Of a stretch of DNA of 64,000 nucleotides, positions 13,668-27,053 are shown piece after piece; position 1 is the first letter of the stretch, and each line of letters begins with the position of its first letter. A program made the position numbers and the translations under genes. The notes below the pieces were generated by a model. The model worked only from the letters and a program-made list of their open reading frames with translations, was not told the DNA's origin and did no database searches. The stretch is from Amoeboaphelidium protococcarum X5 (Eukaryota; Fungi; Aphelidiomycota), in the NCBI GenBank assembly GCA_023515725.1, contig JALDTO010000192.1:823517-887516 (forward strand). Direction: 5' to 3'.

Positions 13668-16121
13668 ATGTAGAGTCTGCGGCGAAGGATACGTAATATT
13701 GGCATAATGGCGCATATAGATGCGGGAAAGACCACGCTGACTGAGCGAATGTTATATCTGGCGGGAGTGACGCGTAAAGTTGGCGATGTTGATGATGGCA
13801 ACACTTAGATGGACTATCTTGAGTAGGAACAGGAACGCGGTATTACAATTCAGAGTGCTGCGACTACCTTTGAATGGAATTTATCATAATCATAGTAATA
13901 GTAGGAAAAGGTTTATGGTGAGAATGACGCGTCTAGCTGTTAAATCAATCTTATAGACTCGCCTGGGCATCATGATTTTACGTTTGAAGTTTAGCGGGCT
14001 GTTAGTGTCCTCGATAGTGGGGTGTGTCTATTAGATGCTGTAAGTGGAGTTTAGGCACAGACGAAGACTGTATGGAAGTAGGCGAATAATTATAATCTAT
14101 CGCGATTGATCTATGTTAACAAGATGGATAAGGCTGGATCCAATTATGCTAAATGCATATCGGAAGCTTAGTAGCTGCTGCCCATGTCTTATTATGATGA
14201 TGATGATAGAACGTAGTGTCAAGTTTTATCATTGTGTCTCCCGCTCTACAAGAACTAGCATTCAGAATTCGCTGGAGTTTGTAATTTGGTAGAAGGTGTC
14301 GTTTACTTGCCTAATAACACCGATTCCGATGTTGAGTACAATGTCTCTGTAGATAAGGCTTATTCAGATCATATTATTGATGAATAAGATCTATCGCGGA
14401 TTCAGAAGGCCAAGTAAATTCTTATAGATCAACTGATTGAATTGGATGATCAATTTTTAGAAGTGGCTCTTGAACATGACACGCAATAGATTCCCGAATA
14501 GTACATCAACGATGCTATAAGGAGATTATGTATTGGGAAGAAGGCTATACCAATGCTATGCGGCACTGCACACAAGGGTATAGGCGTGTCATAGTTGCTC
14601 AATGCTATCAATCTGTATCTTCCCAATCCCCAAGATATGCCTGCTATTTCTGTTTAGACTACTTCTACAACTGGTAATTCTCAAAAGGGATACATTTTCA
14701 AAGTTGATCCTTAGTGTGACCAGAAGGACTTATGTGCTCAAGTGTTCAAAGTTATACACGATAAAAATAAAGGAGCACTTATATACACAAAGGTTCTATA
14801 AGGTAGTCTGAGACCGAACATGCAGCTGTTTAACTCTAGCAAGAATCTGATTGAAAGATGTGACAAGATTTATCAAGTGCATGCTAATAAGTACCAGCAC
14901 GTGGATCAGTTAGTGGCTGGATAGATTGGAGTTTTATCTGGTCTCAAGTCGGCACAGACTGGAGATACTTTGCTCAATTAGAACGCCAAGTCAAAGTTTT
15001 AATTGCCTTCGATTCCTGTACCTCAACCTCTATTCAGCGCGTCTATAGAGCCTGAAAATTCAATAGCGGAAAAGTAATTGACATCAGCACTCGCCATCCT
15101 GACTAGAGAGGATCCATCGCTCCAAGTGGTAGTTGATGCAGACTCTAACTAGACAATACTCCGAGGCATGGGCGAATTACACCTGGAAATCATCGCTGAA
15201 AGATTGAGATCCGAGTTTGGGGTGAACTTCTCTTTGGGTAATGTCTGGATCAATTATCAGGAGTCTATTAAAGATGGTAGAAGAGTTGAGTTGGAGGATT
15301 TCTAGTATCAGTAGTCATTTGCAGGTAGATTTAATAGCGCATTGGTTAGTATTGCCATGACACGTTAATCTGTCGACCAATCTGGACCGAATACTCTATC
15401 AATCGCAAAGAATGCGATTTAGAATTAGGATGGGCCTCTGAGCTATCAAAAGTAAAGACATGATTAGTTATTGGCTCATTTGAGGAGAGGTATTGATACG
15501 GCTCTATCTGCGGGACCACTGATGAGTTATCCTGTGACTTCAGTCCAGGTGGATATTTAAAAGTTTGTATTTGAATCATAGTCATCATCGGAACAAGATG
15601 ATAAGGTTTCCGGAATGGCGGTTAGTCAAGCTGTGCGTCATGCTCTGTAATAGAACGCCCTACTCTCTGATACCACTGGTGAAAGTATTAAAAAGTGTCC
15701 ATTCACTCTTCTAGAGCCGGTCATGTCGGTCGCGATTAATGTGCCATCTGTTTATATGGGCGTGGTATTATAAGATCTTAGTGGGAATCGTCGCGCTTAA
15801 ATTTTGACGACTATGTAATAATCAACTTATGGCGAGCACATGATGGATGATGATGCTGATTTGAACACGCTGTCTCCTTTGCAGTAAAAACTACTTGGTA
15901 TCCTTGAATAGGATTATGCAGGTAGTATGCAACTAAATAAGGCATCAAACGCTGAAAGTAATATCACTGCTCTGGTGCCTCTATAAGAGATGCTGGGCTA
16001 CTCGAATACGTTAAAGTCTCTTACTAAAGGATACGGCTCTTTTTAGATGGATTTGGATCGTTATCAACCTGTCGAGGATGCTCACCTCCTGACGATAGTA
16101 AAAGGATACCGCGGATACTGA
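13668..16121 (+). CDS. MEF2: Mitochondrial ribosome-releasing factor EF-G2, ~817 aa
   Basis: [59 protein letters not shown]; start codon uncertain. Confidence 0.88.
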
Positions 16122-16308
16122 TATACTGTAATGTTGAAAGGATTAGACTCTTCTTGGGAAGGTAATAGTTTTAAAAAGTCTTAGTTTAAGTTTGAATCTT
16201 GATTAAAATTCGAAATCTATTTTGTAAACTAACAGTATTAATCTCATCAGAGTATTTCCGAATTATCGCAAAAGGCCAAGCTAACCAATTGAGGGGAAGG
16301 GCATAGAA

Positions 16309-18240
16309 TCATTTCTAATTAACAACGTGGGTGAGCATAAACTCCAGAAATCTATGACCATATCGGATAGGATTCACAGCAGATATCAAATTCTTATCGT
16401 GATTCAGTGATTTCCAATAGTGCTCCACAGCTTTCGATGTGTTATAAGGAGTGAGAATATCAATAATGCCGACGTAATACAACTCCAACAATGGTCGATT
16501 CTGCTCATCTGTAGAGAGGAAACCACCATCGTCCTGATAGAAAACACAACCGCGACGTTCGGCGGGATTCTCATCTGGAAAGCCAGAGGAGCTCAATCCT
16601 TGAACAGCTTCCGCCTAAGCAATGGCCAATTTCAGTGAGGACAAGTTGGCAGCTTTCATATTCGAGGACATTGGCCGCCGTGATAAAGTCTCAGCATTGG
16701 GTTCAAACACCGAGAGGAACTGATCTCTGATATTCTCCGAGTTGCCCCGCTTCAGATAATGAATTCCCGTGAGAAGACTGTAGTCCATGATATTCAATGA
16801 TACGAGCAGAGTGACATCCTTCTACAGCTAGGTGACGAACAGATCCTTCTTCTCCGGTCCAAGTGCCAGTCGCTTCTTCATATTCAACCAATTAATATCT
16901 TTCATGACACAGCGAGGATTCAATTTGATCTTTTCTGCAGACACCTCCCGCCCAATCAAGGATCCTTTGAGATCAAATGTCTCATGAATATCCTTATTAG
17001 GTGGAAATACATTGCACATCACCACAAAATAAATCTTGCGTCCTTGAGGCAACTTTACGCGATGCAGCCCAAGATATCGACTAAGTAATGTATTCGGATT
17101 AGACTGCAGATGTTCATAGTACTGGCCCAGAATCTTTCGCATAAACTTGTGCTCAGTCTTGTGTATAGTCTTTATGATAAATCTATAATCCTGGGAGAAG
17201 TAGAAGAAACTACCACTCTTACCGGATGATCCCAACTCTGAAAGCACGTACTTACCCGTAAGACTTATGAGATAATCAGCAGCCTCAATTTTAAACAGTT
17301 CACGAATTCGCCTGAATACCCACGGCGCATAATCCTTGAATTTGAAATCATATTTAGACGATGGAGTGAGTTCATTGCCCAGTACATCAAAAGTCAACTT
17401 GTGCTTGGCCAGAAAATCAGCAGGCGTGAGATCACGGTGAGGTTTAGCCACACATCTACTCACAGCTATCCGGATACCGGTGAGCATATCATACATGAGA
17501 ACAAAGTTGGCATGACCCTCACTCACTTTCTCACCAACCTTGACTCCATCGTCATCCTAATGGTTATGGTGATGATGATGGGAAGATTTATCCTTCTTCC
17601 CTTACACTTATTATGACTATTTCCTCTAATGATGAATATTATTATTATGATTGGAATGGTGGCCTATTTAATGATCGCCGCTAATGTTATCCAATTCAAT
17701 ACCACCGTCATTAGATTTGTTGGAGGTGGATCCCATAGCCAAGAGATTCTTTAAAGGGGATTTAAATGATTGCGACTGCTACTGATTGGGCGATGGTGCA
17801 CTCTGCATCTATAGCTTGAGCATATTCCTTTATAAATCTGTAGGATCAGCTACACTTTGAGCTCGACCATGTGCCTTATTATTATTGTCAATAACTGCCG
17901 CCTACTCGGCCTAATTTTACTAGGCCTACGATGAAGATTACTATTCATATCTCTACCACGCTGATCTATCCAGCGATTATGATTTACTCATCCCACTAGA
18001 TTGTAGTGATAATTATTACTACTACAAAGCCATCAGACTATCAGCAGATTTTCTCGATTAAAGTGCATTTAGTTATTACTACTGTAATGGTGATTAAAAT
18101 GACGCAGCGTGTAATTTCTTTTCAATAACCAGCTATATAGTATCCCATATCAATTCAGATGCAACAATCTCAGATACTTACTGCACGGCTTACTATGCCT
18201 TTTAATCTGGAGTCTCTTCCACAAAAGTCTCTGCGGCCAT
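16309..18240 (-). CDS. MSS4: Phosphatidylinositol-4-phosphate 5-kinase (Mss4/Its3-like), 643 aa
   Basis: [55 protein letters not shown]; Q/S-rich N-terminus. Confidence 0.93.
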
Positions 18241-18866
18241 ACTATATACAGTCTTTAAAAGGAGTGTTGTAAAATCGCAATATCCTTGATAGATGATAAG
18301 AGAGCAAAAGGCGGTGATGAGCTATTTTGAGAGATATATGGCTAAACTATATGCAAATGTAGAGTGATGATATGACAAGACTATATATATATACACTGCA
18401 AATTTAGAGTATAAAAATTTCTCCTATAATACACTATCAAGCAACCAATATTTCAATCAATCAAGAAAAGAGCCGAAAACGATTTTAATTCGTTGTTGTC
18501 AAGTCGGATGGATCTTTAAGGGGTCTGTCTTCACCTCCACTATTAGACCTTAAAATTTATATACACCACTCTTTAAATTATGACGCTACATATTTAATAT
18601 CATTAGACACTTGAGTCTATAAACGAAATTATGTACAATCAATGGGCGAGCTTTAAGCTTCATAGCGCAAGTCAAGTGTTGGTAATGAGGAAGTCCAGAT
18701 TAGGCGTCACAACAAAATTGGTAATCCAGGGGGGATCCATAGAACGGCGACTTTTATTGTCCTTGTACTTCAGTCGTTCTTCTCGCTAAATCTCTTTGTC
18801 TATTCTTGACTGCGACAATCCATTACAATTTTTCTGAAGCATATCGCGTCTGTTATTTTGTCAGGA

Positions 18867-19625
18867 ATGGGAAAATTTAAGTCTATAGAACAAAAGTCGG
18901 ACAGTAATTCTGGCGTTAATTAGTAGTAAAATGAAGCGCAGTCAGCGAGCGGTGTAGATTATGCTGGAGAATTTGAGGGATTTTATTATGATTATGCGTT
19001 GCGATAGTATTTCCCCATATCATCGCAATACATGCACGCTAATGTAGTAGATCTTTAAGCTTAACCGTTGAATGAATAAGCCGCCGGATAATCATCATCA
19101 TCAATGAACAAGTTATCTGCTAATATACCAAATCTTGATGTGGTGGTTGTGAAATCCAGTTAAGCGGATGAAACACCTAACACTCAAACAGATAATAAAC
19201 CAGGCGATAGAGATCAGAGAAAGACTACTAAAGATAAGAAGGAAGCACCAAGTTCGGTTCTAAGAGCAGCGGCGGGTGAAGTGTGGAAAGACGATACTCT
19301 GTTGGAATGGCCAAAAGGATTCAGATTATTCGTGGGTAGTCTATCGCGAGATTGTAAAGATGCAGACTTGCAGAGGGCATTCATGAAATACAAATCCATG
19401 AATAAAGTACGCGTCGTCATGGACAAGTCTGGCCTGAGTAAAGGCTACGGGTTCGTGTCCTTTGCCGAGATGAACGATTTCGTGGACGCGTTCAGAGAGA
19501 TGAACGGCAAACTCGTTATTGGCCGCCCGATCGTGCTGCGGAAGAGCAATTTCCAAGAGCGGTCAGTTACAAAGACTCAGGCAAAGAAGCTGGTAAAGAG
19601 AGAAGGATATAAGAAGAATATATGA
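18867..19625 (+). CDS. RBM42: RRM RNA-binding protein (RBM42-like), 252 aa
   Basis: RAAAGEVWKDDTLLEW followed by an RRM (RLFVGSL, KGYGFVSF, MNGKLVIGRPIVLRKS). Confidence 0.85.
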
Positions 19626-19745
19626 TACGTGTTCAATTGAGTATTGATGATGGTTTATTATCAAACTTTATAAGTTTATTTCAAAATTCTATATCTAGCT
19701 GTGATTCAATAAGAGCAGTCCTACTGAATCTAGTATTCAAGAACA

Positions 19746-22700
19746 TCAGAGCTAGGTATCAGCAGTTGATTACTACAAATTTTGGCAATACTTATCCGGT
19801 ACTAGGAGAAAGTACTTCTCCATAGCTTCTCGGAATCGTAGCTTGTACTGCCGCGGAGAAATGATGGTGGGTACCTTGCCGATACCGCCACCGAGGATAC
19901 CAGTCTCTTTCACCCAAGACTCCAACTTCTTGTCCCAGGTGAAAGTTCGTATGAAATCCACAATACCAATCACCAACTCTTGTCGCTCACTATCGACACC
20001 GACCAGAAGGGAGTAATCCATGACATTGAGCTTGGACAAGAAGAGCGTATCATTCCAGACGGAGGCGCGCAGAATCTTCTTGGAATGATCTCTCACAAAG
20101 AGCGGTGATTCGGCCATAATTTGGATCAAATTCTCATCCAGCAAAACTTCATTTTCCGATCCAGTAGCCACAGAATGTCTATTTCTCACTGATCCTTTGA
20201 GATCAAATATTTTGCTAATATTCTTCTGGTAAAACAAATTCTCCATCACAATGACATCCATTTTAATCTATTTTCCAGTATCCGCGTTCTTATACCCAAT
20301 ACGATAGATACCAAAAATTTTAACCAGCACCGAAGGTAAATCATTGAAAAGCACCTGATACAAGTATTCGAAGTATGACGGGGCAAAGCGGAGAAGGGAC
20401 TCTGTCTCAGCCTTGTTCAGACTCTTCATTATGAATCGCTCATCAAATGACTTGTAGAACTTACTGCCAGACTGGCCTCCATTGCTCTTCCACAGAAAAC
20501 AGTGTGATAGACTGGTCACAAAGTCATCTCCAATATTGTAAAACTGCCTTATAGCATCAAACTGCTCAGCATAATAAACTCTGCAGAAACAACTGGCTGA
20601 TCCAGCTTAAAATTAATAGCGGATATGAGTACCGGACGGATGTAGAAGATACTGTCCAAAAGAGTTCTCAGGCTTCTTATCGCTTAAGGATTATTGCGCT
20701 GATTGCGCTTTCCCATGTCCAGCCTACATATGCTCTTCACTCTACTCAGAGTCTCTAAATTTACTACTATCAATACCAGGAGATATTGAAGACAATGAAG
20801 AATTAAGTCCAGGCTCTGGAAGCCCTAATGCATTAGCTAAAGGTCGAGAAATTTACTACTACTACTGTTGTTATGGAACAATTTAAGGAGAATCAACAGG
20901 AGCGGTTGCAGAAGAGGTTGATGCCACACTCTGGCTGGGCATAGTAGATCTCTCCACGTTGGACTGCGAGCTATTGTCCTGAAAAGCCACGCGCATCCTC
21001 TCAATCTCATTCTGATAATGCTTGGAACTGAGCACATAAGCGATAATAGACGAAGGCTCTTGCTCCTTGATTATAATGTCAGTTTTGTCCATGAGATGCT
21101 CATTCAAATCTAGAGGATACCGCGGAATAGTCAACTAAGCCAATTCAAATACCAAACTACTCTCCGGTCCACCAAGTGTCTTTACTACGTCAGTGAGACC
21201 ATAAGCATTCTAAGCCACCATCCACATGTCATTGAGAGTTTTGGCAATACTCGATCTCTCGCCTTCGCCAAATTTCTTGCTCAACCTGGCCAGCTGCTGC
21301 TCCTGCAATCTAAGCGCTTCGTCTTGATCATTCGACGATACTTCCACTGGAGACGGTAATGCAGACGGTTAGGAGGACTGCGGTGAATTTGCAAAAGTGG
21401 ACGATTACAACAGGCTAATTTGTCCCACATTCTTGGTGTTTAACTTTAAATCAGACGCAAACTCCGAGGCCGCATCGTTTGATTATTAATCTTGTGATGT
21501 AGCTTTTACAGGGCTACCTGGCACCAATTGCTCTCCCGACACATGTTTAGCCAACATCTACGCTAATCTCTTATCTTTACTATCTTGCAAGATGTACTTG
21601 CGCGCGATTGAACTAATCCTTCGGTCAATCTACACACAAGCTTCATACACTTACTTTTTAGCATCACTCAACTGGCTGCTGAAACTCTAATCAGACTTCG
21701 GATTATGTATAAGTTAATCAGGAGAGAGCTGAGCCTGAAACTTATCCGCAGTCTACCTCAAAGAATCCAGATCAGCCTTAAACTCTTCCACCTTAAAACT
21801 AACTTTCTTGGTCGCTAAGTCATTAATGGCAATCTGTACGCTCTAAAAATAATCATTGACAGCAATTTCGACAAACTCTTTCAACTTTCCCTGATGAAAT
21901 TGCAGACTTTGCTTCTCTTCAAACTTTAGCATGCGATCAGACGATTGTACTTCGTATAGTGTAACAGTCTCGTACTCAAATCTCACTGCTAAATTTCCTA
22001 AACCAAAGTACCGAATCTGATCCTTGAAAGCAGAGTGAACGCAAATGTCAGGCCTCATATAAACACCTTAATCATAGAAGCTCAACTCCAGGTACCGACC
22101 AAACGAGAAATTCCAAGAGTCATCAGACAATGGCACGCAAGGAGTCACAATCTGACATATTCTGCAATAGCTCCACATCAGGATCGAATTTTCCATACCA
22201 GAAATTGGACACTAAAATTTTTCAACGATAACATTTATCTTGGCATCACGATGGACATAACTCCGGTAGTGGAGGAGCATAGACTGATGACATTACTCAT
22301 TCGGACATACGTAATTCTAATCAAAACACAACTCTTCCAAGTATTGACCCAAACTCATATCAGACTCTCTATAGAAGTCGATAAAATTGATAGCAGGCTA
22401 CTGACAAGGTAGAGAGGTATTAGTGTTAACAATGCAATAGAGGATAGCCAAATTTTAAGACGTGAGAGGACTCAACACAACATGACTATTCTCGGTTAAG
22501 TAGTTAATTCCATCTTTTAAGACAATTGGAGCACCCTTGGGAACTTTATACTCATCACTATCACCAGAAGATAGACTTAACACCGCTTAAGCCACGATCT
22601 ATTTAAGTTGAGTCAGCTACTAGAAGTAAACACCTTATAGATCTCTATCCTCATTGTCAATGGAGTTCAACAATGTCTCCTCGTAATCAGCCAGCCGCTG

Positions 22701-24944
22701 TAAAAGATAAGGACATCCAATGATGAGTGTTGCAGATGGACATAATATGATATCCTTAAACGGCAGCAGCAACTTTTAAACATCTCCGACTTCAAGCTTC
22801 GTATCATGAGATGGTACTGCAGCTTCATCCTTATTAGTAGTCTCTTAGTCAGCCTCTTAGTTGCGCCTAGAGAAACAATCCCGCAATAGATAAGACTCCT
22901 ACTTGACGCTGTACATACAATACACAAAAAACTTGGCCACAGCCTTGACTTTGGTCAGTGCGGACTTTTACGTTCCTCTTAAGAGTATCGTACAGCTATT
23001 CTTAACGGGAATCTAATCAAATAACATGCAAGTTTTGCTATACACTTTACCACTTTATGGAGACGTGTACCGAAAAGTTTTGATATAAAAGTGGCCACAC
23101 TGTCCCAGCTTGGTATTAGTTTTGACATTCAGACGGTCTAGAGATTCTACAATTTCAGCACCCGTGGCTCTACTCACACGTTCAATAACACTACGTTTAA
23201 CATCACACGCCACACTTACATTACCGTAGGCAACAAAATACTCAAGTGCAACTCTACTTACAGACTTCTGGCAAAGGACAATATCTGGCTTTTTAAGCAT
23301 AATCATATTGACCATATTACGCAGCTATTCCTTTTCTTACGCTATCACTGGCTCAAGAGGCTAGAACTATTTGTCATTTCTCTGATAAGCAATAGGAAAG
23401 CTGATTAACATAATGTTGGGGTCAGACAGAATCTTTTACATCCGCTTGTGCATCACATTATGATTAAACACCACACCGTACAAAACTTAACTCTGACTAG
23501 GACTAGATCCCAGTATCCGCTTAATCTAAACATACTGAGTCACATCTATATCATCTGAGTTGCCCTTAACATTCAGAACAGCATCGTGACAGATCTGCAA
23601 GCACAAATCAAATAGAACACTGATCCAGGACTCATCACCTACTCGCTACTAAGACATAATTTACGCAAGCAGCTTCTTCAAGTGATCTTTAGACAAGGCA
23701 TCGATATCCACCAAATTTTGTGCATTAAAAGTCTAACTCCGTTTATGTTTCATCACCGACTTATTAGAGACGGAACTCTACTTTGTATGCTAACTTTAAA
23801 ACTACTGTTAGTCAGACTAATAATCAGATTATAAACCATTTATATCTACACCATTCTATACTGGAGAACTTCCCTCAAGCTAATGAGAATGATCACGGCT
23901 ACTCTAATCAATAGCCTAAGCGTTCATTTAATAAAGCTAATCTCTCAGTGCAGTGGCCGAGAACTTAAGGGTATTACTAGACAGAGTCCCGCTGCGATTG
24001 ATCATCAAATCACCAAAATCTTCAGTCTAAATCTCCGCTGCAACAGGTAAAGAGTCTAGAGCATCATCAACATCCGGCCTAAATGGCAAATGACTTTAAT
24101 CTCCAGACTATTCACCCACCTCTATGGGCGGCTGCCAGAAATTGAAGTTCATGATACTCTAAGTGGTGGTATTTATAATTCGCTTAATAGAATGAATAGA
24201 TGTTGTAGAATCCTCAGCCTTTTCAACTTGAGGTGCACAATCTGGGGTAAATCTCTCATTAATAAAGGATCCAGATCGAAGAGTTCTGGTGAGACTAAAT
24301 TAAGACTACTCCATATCCAATCTCTTCTACATACTTCTCTCCATCATGCCCAAATCATACAGACAAATCTTAGTCATCTAATCCTAATACTCTGTCGTTG
24401 TAAGACAATTGCCGCAGAATACTTGCCCACACACTCTGCAATGATGTTTCCGCCTCAGTAAATTGAAAGGCAAATGACAACTGTAACAATCATTCACATA
24501 ACTATCATCAATCCAAAATTACTTTTAATCATTATCGTACACACCATCATTATTTTTCTATCCAACTCCTCCAGAAAGTCTCTTACCAATAATATTTTTA
24601 ATCGCTTTCTTTGGTCTAACAAGTCTATTCCCAGACACTTGATCCACATTTGGTGCCTGTAAATTTAAATGTTTGGCAGTGGCCTCGGGAAATTTCTACT
24701 TATCGCGAACAACACGTTCTCCTACATTAGAATCAGTTGAAGAATTCTACTCCACAATGTCTGCATTGGCGTATTTATGTTCATTATTGGACTCTAAATG
24801 AGGATTCTAAACTGACAGAGATGACAAATTCTTGATAGCTTTGAATATAGAAGTCATGACAGATTTAGCAGCACCAGTATTACTACTTTACAAAGACTAA
24901 GTATCATCCTCTCTAAACTCGGCAAACTAATAATAATTCTCCAT
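19746..24944 (-). CDS. FAB1: 1-phosphatidylinositol-3-phosphate 5-kinase (Fab1/PIKfyve), ~1732 aa
   Basis: FYVE ([10 protein letters not shown]), CCT-like domain ([15 protein letters not shown]), CCR ([11 protein letters not shown]), [10 protein letters not shown], kinase ([31 protein letters not shown]). Confidence 0.95.
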
Positions 24945-25350
24945 GGAACTTTGAATCTTGACAAGTATAATACCACAGACTAGAATGGTTTACAGAGACG
25001 ACTTTAAACTGACAGATTATAGTGGTGAATAGAGGGACACTTTTGAAAGCCTGGGCGAAACAAACGGGGATTAGAAAAAGGAAGTGGTGAAAGAGAGCGT
25101 GATAGGAAGAGACTCTGCCGATTGAAACAACGGGAAACGACTGATAGTGTTGAGCACGGACGAGCCAAAGAACGATTCATTTCTGAATAGACACCCTGAA
25201 AACATTTACCAGATTGAAAGAGAGAGATTATAAAATAATGTTAAGCTTAGCTATCACAATGCAAATTCAATTTTATTAATATGAGTGCCATAGTAATGGA
25301 ACGCAAATAAACATAAAGTGTAATAGATATTAACTCAGCCAAACAGCTCT

Positions 25351-26706
25351 TCAATCGCAAGCGTGTCTTCCCCGCACAAGTTCCAGCCAGCAATCTTCGC
25401 TAACGTCCTCCTTTAGACGTGCATGAGAAAAGTCGACAAGCTTCACAATATTGGTCTCAGAATCCCAACATATATTTGACTTTCTGATATCGCAGTGCGC
25501 AACACCAAGATTATGCATTTAATCTCTTACATAACGCAGACGCTACAATATACGCTCTTTGTGACATAGAACGCCTTGATCAGTTGTATTCAGTTTGACG
25601 CCATGGTGCTCCATCAGTATTCCGTACATAAATCCCATCATACAAAACGTACCTACAACTTTGGTTATGCCATTACCTAGCAGATCTTCCAGTTTTTCCA
25701 AGATATTAGCTTCCTCTGAAAGATAATTAAAAGGCAGTTCGTCCAAGTCGTAACCCCTGCGCACTTTACTGCCATCGACAATCTTGCACACAGTCTTGGA
25801 GGGAAGATAACGTTCACCCACAAATAAAACAGACGCAGACGCTCCTCCACCAAAAACACCTCCAAATTCCAACTCAGATGATTTTAAATGCGGAAAATCA
25901 TATCCAGCGGTCTTTCTGAAACTATCTTACAATATTGACTCCTGTCGGTTGGGTGATCTAAAAGGAGACGCGTAAAATACATCATCACCTTTAATTCCGT
26001 GATAATAAAATCCAGCTAATGCACCCAGTAATGTGAATGGTTCCGTCTAAGATCTATACACTGTCTAACTGATTTCAACTTTTGGCAATTCATCTAAATT
26101 TCTAGATGCTCTTCTGACGAACCAAGTCTTTTCATAGGTAGTCAATATACCATAGTGCAAATTGTTAACAGACATATATCCATACAACTACTGAAATCCA
26201 AGAAACACTCCACGATCAGACGGTGAATACTTTCCTTTATAGCAGCGCTTAAGACTGGAATACAAATCATCACATTCTACATAAGCTTTCATCCAGAATA
26301 GCTTCACTTCAACTACAACTCTTGGATAGCATTCTTCAGAGTTTTAGGATTAATATGAAAACACCAAATCAGGATCCAAAGCAACTCGTTACGGTTGTGC
26401 ATGCTCAATTTCGCACACAAATCCCATGCTTTCAAATAGAACGATAAGAGCCAATTCAATGCCGAAAAGTCTCAACTGCAATTTGTTTTCTGAATTAACC
26501 TTATTAAACAGCCCACCTGCAAATGGATAGTTATAGTCTACATATTGTTCATCGCATCGTTTTTTGATATCAGCAATCAGTGTCTTAATCCACGCATTGA
26601 AATCATCCCCACCTAGACACATCGAATTAATCCTCACGTGGATTAGAGCTTCTAAAAGGTTTTGTCTTGGACGGATCCTATCCGACTTGTATCTATGGTA
26701 AAACAT
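25351..26706 (-). CDS. PD-(D/E)xK nuclease-fold + C-terminal protein kinase fusion (Crinkler-like effector architecture), ~451 aa
   Basis: DPDLVF..VVVEVK..QQLYGYM..YGILTTYEKTWF, then GGGASASV, VCK, HCDIRKSN, VDFSHA. Confidence 0.75.
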
Positions 26707-27053
26707 AACTAAACAAACTGTGCGCAGATTCAATACGTATAGGCTACATCTTAATTTTACAACTTTTCCCACTACCTCAAAAGAAGAAACGATTACTGTA
26801 ATTGCGCGACTGAAGCCAAAACACGGCGCGTCGCGATGGGAGACTGAATGGCGGTGTAGTTTTTTACTCTTTGCTTGATACACATCAGTTGCTTTTCTTC
26901 TTTCTTTCTTTCTTTCCGCCGCCGAAATACTTAAATGATAATACTGTACTGCTTTTCTTCCTTCTCTCCTGAAACAATATCCTCTTCACGTCGAATTCTC
27001 TAATTTTTAGTACAAATAAAGTAAATCAAGGAAGCGTAAATTTAGAAATTATA

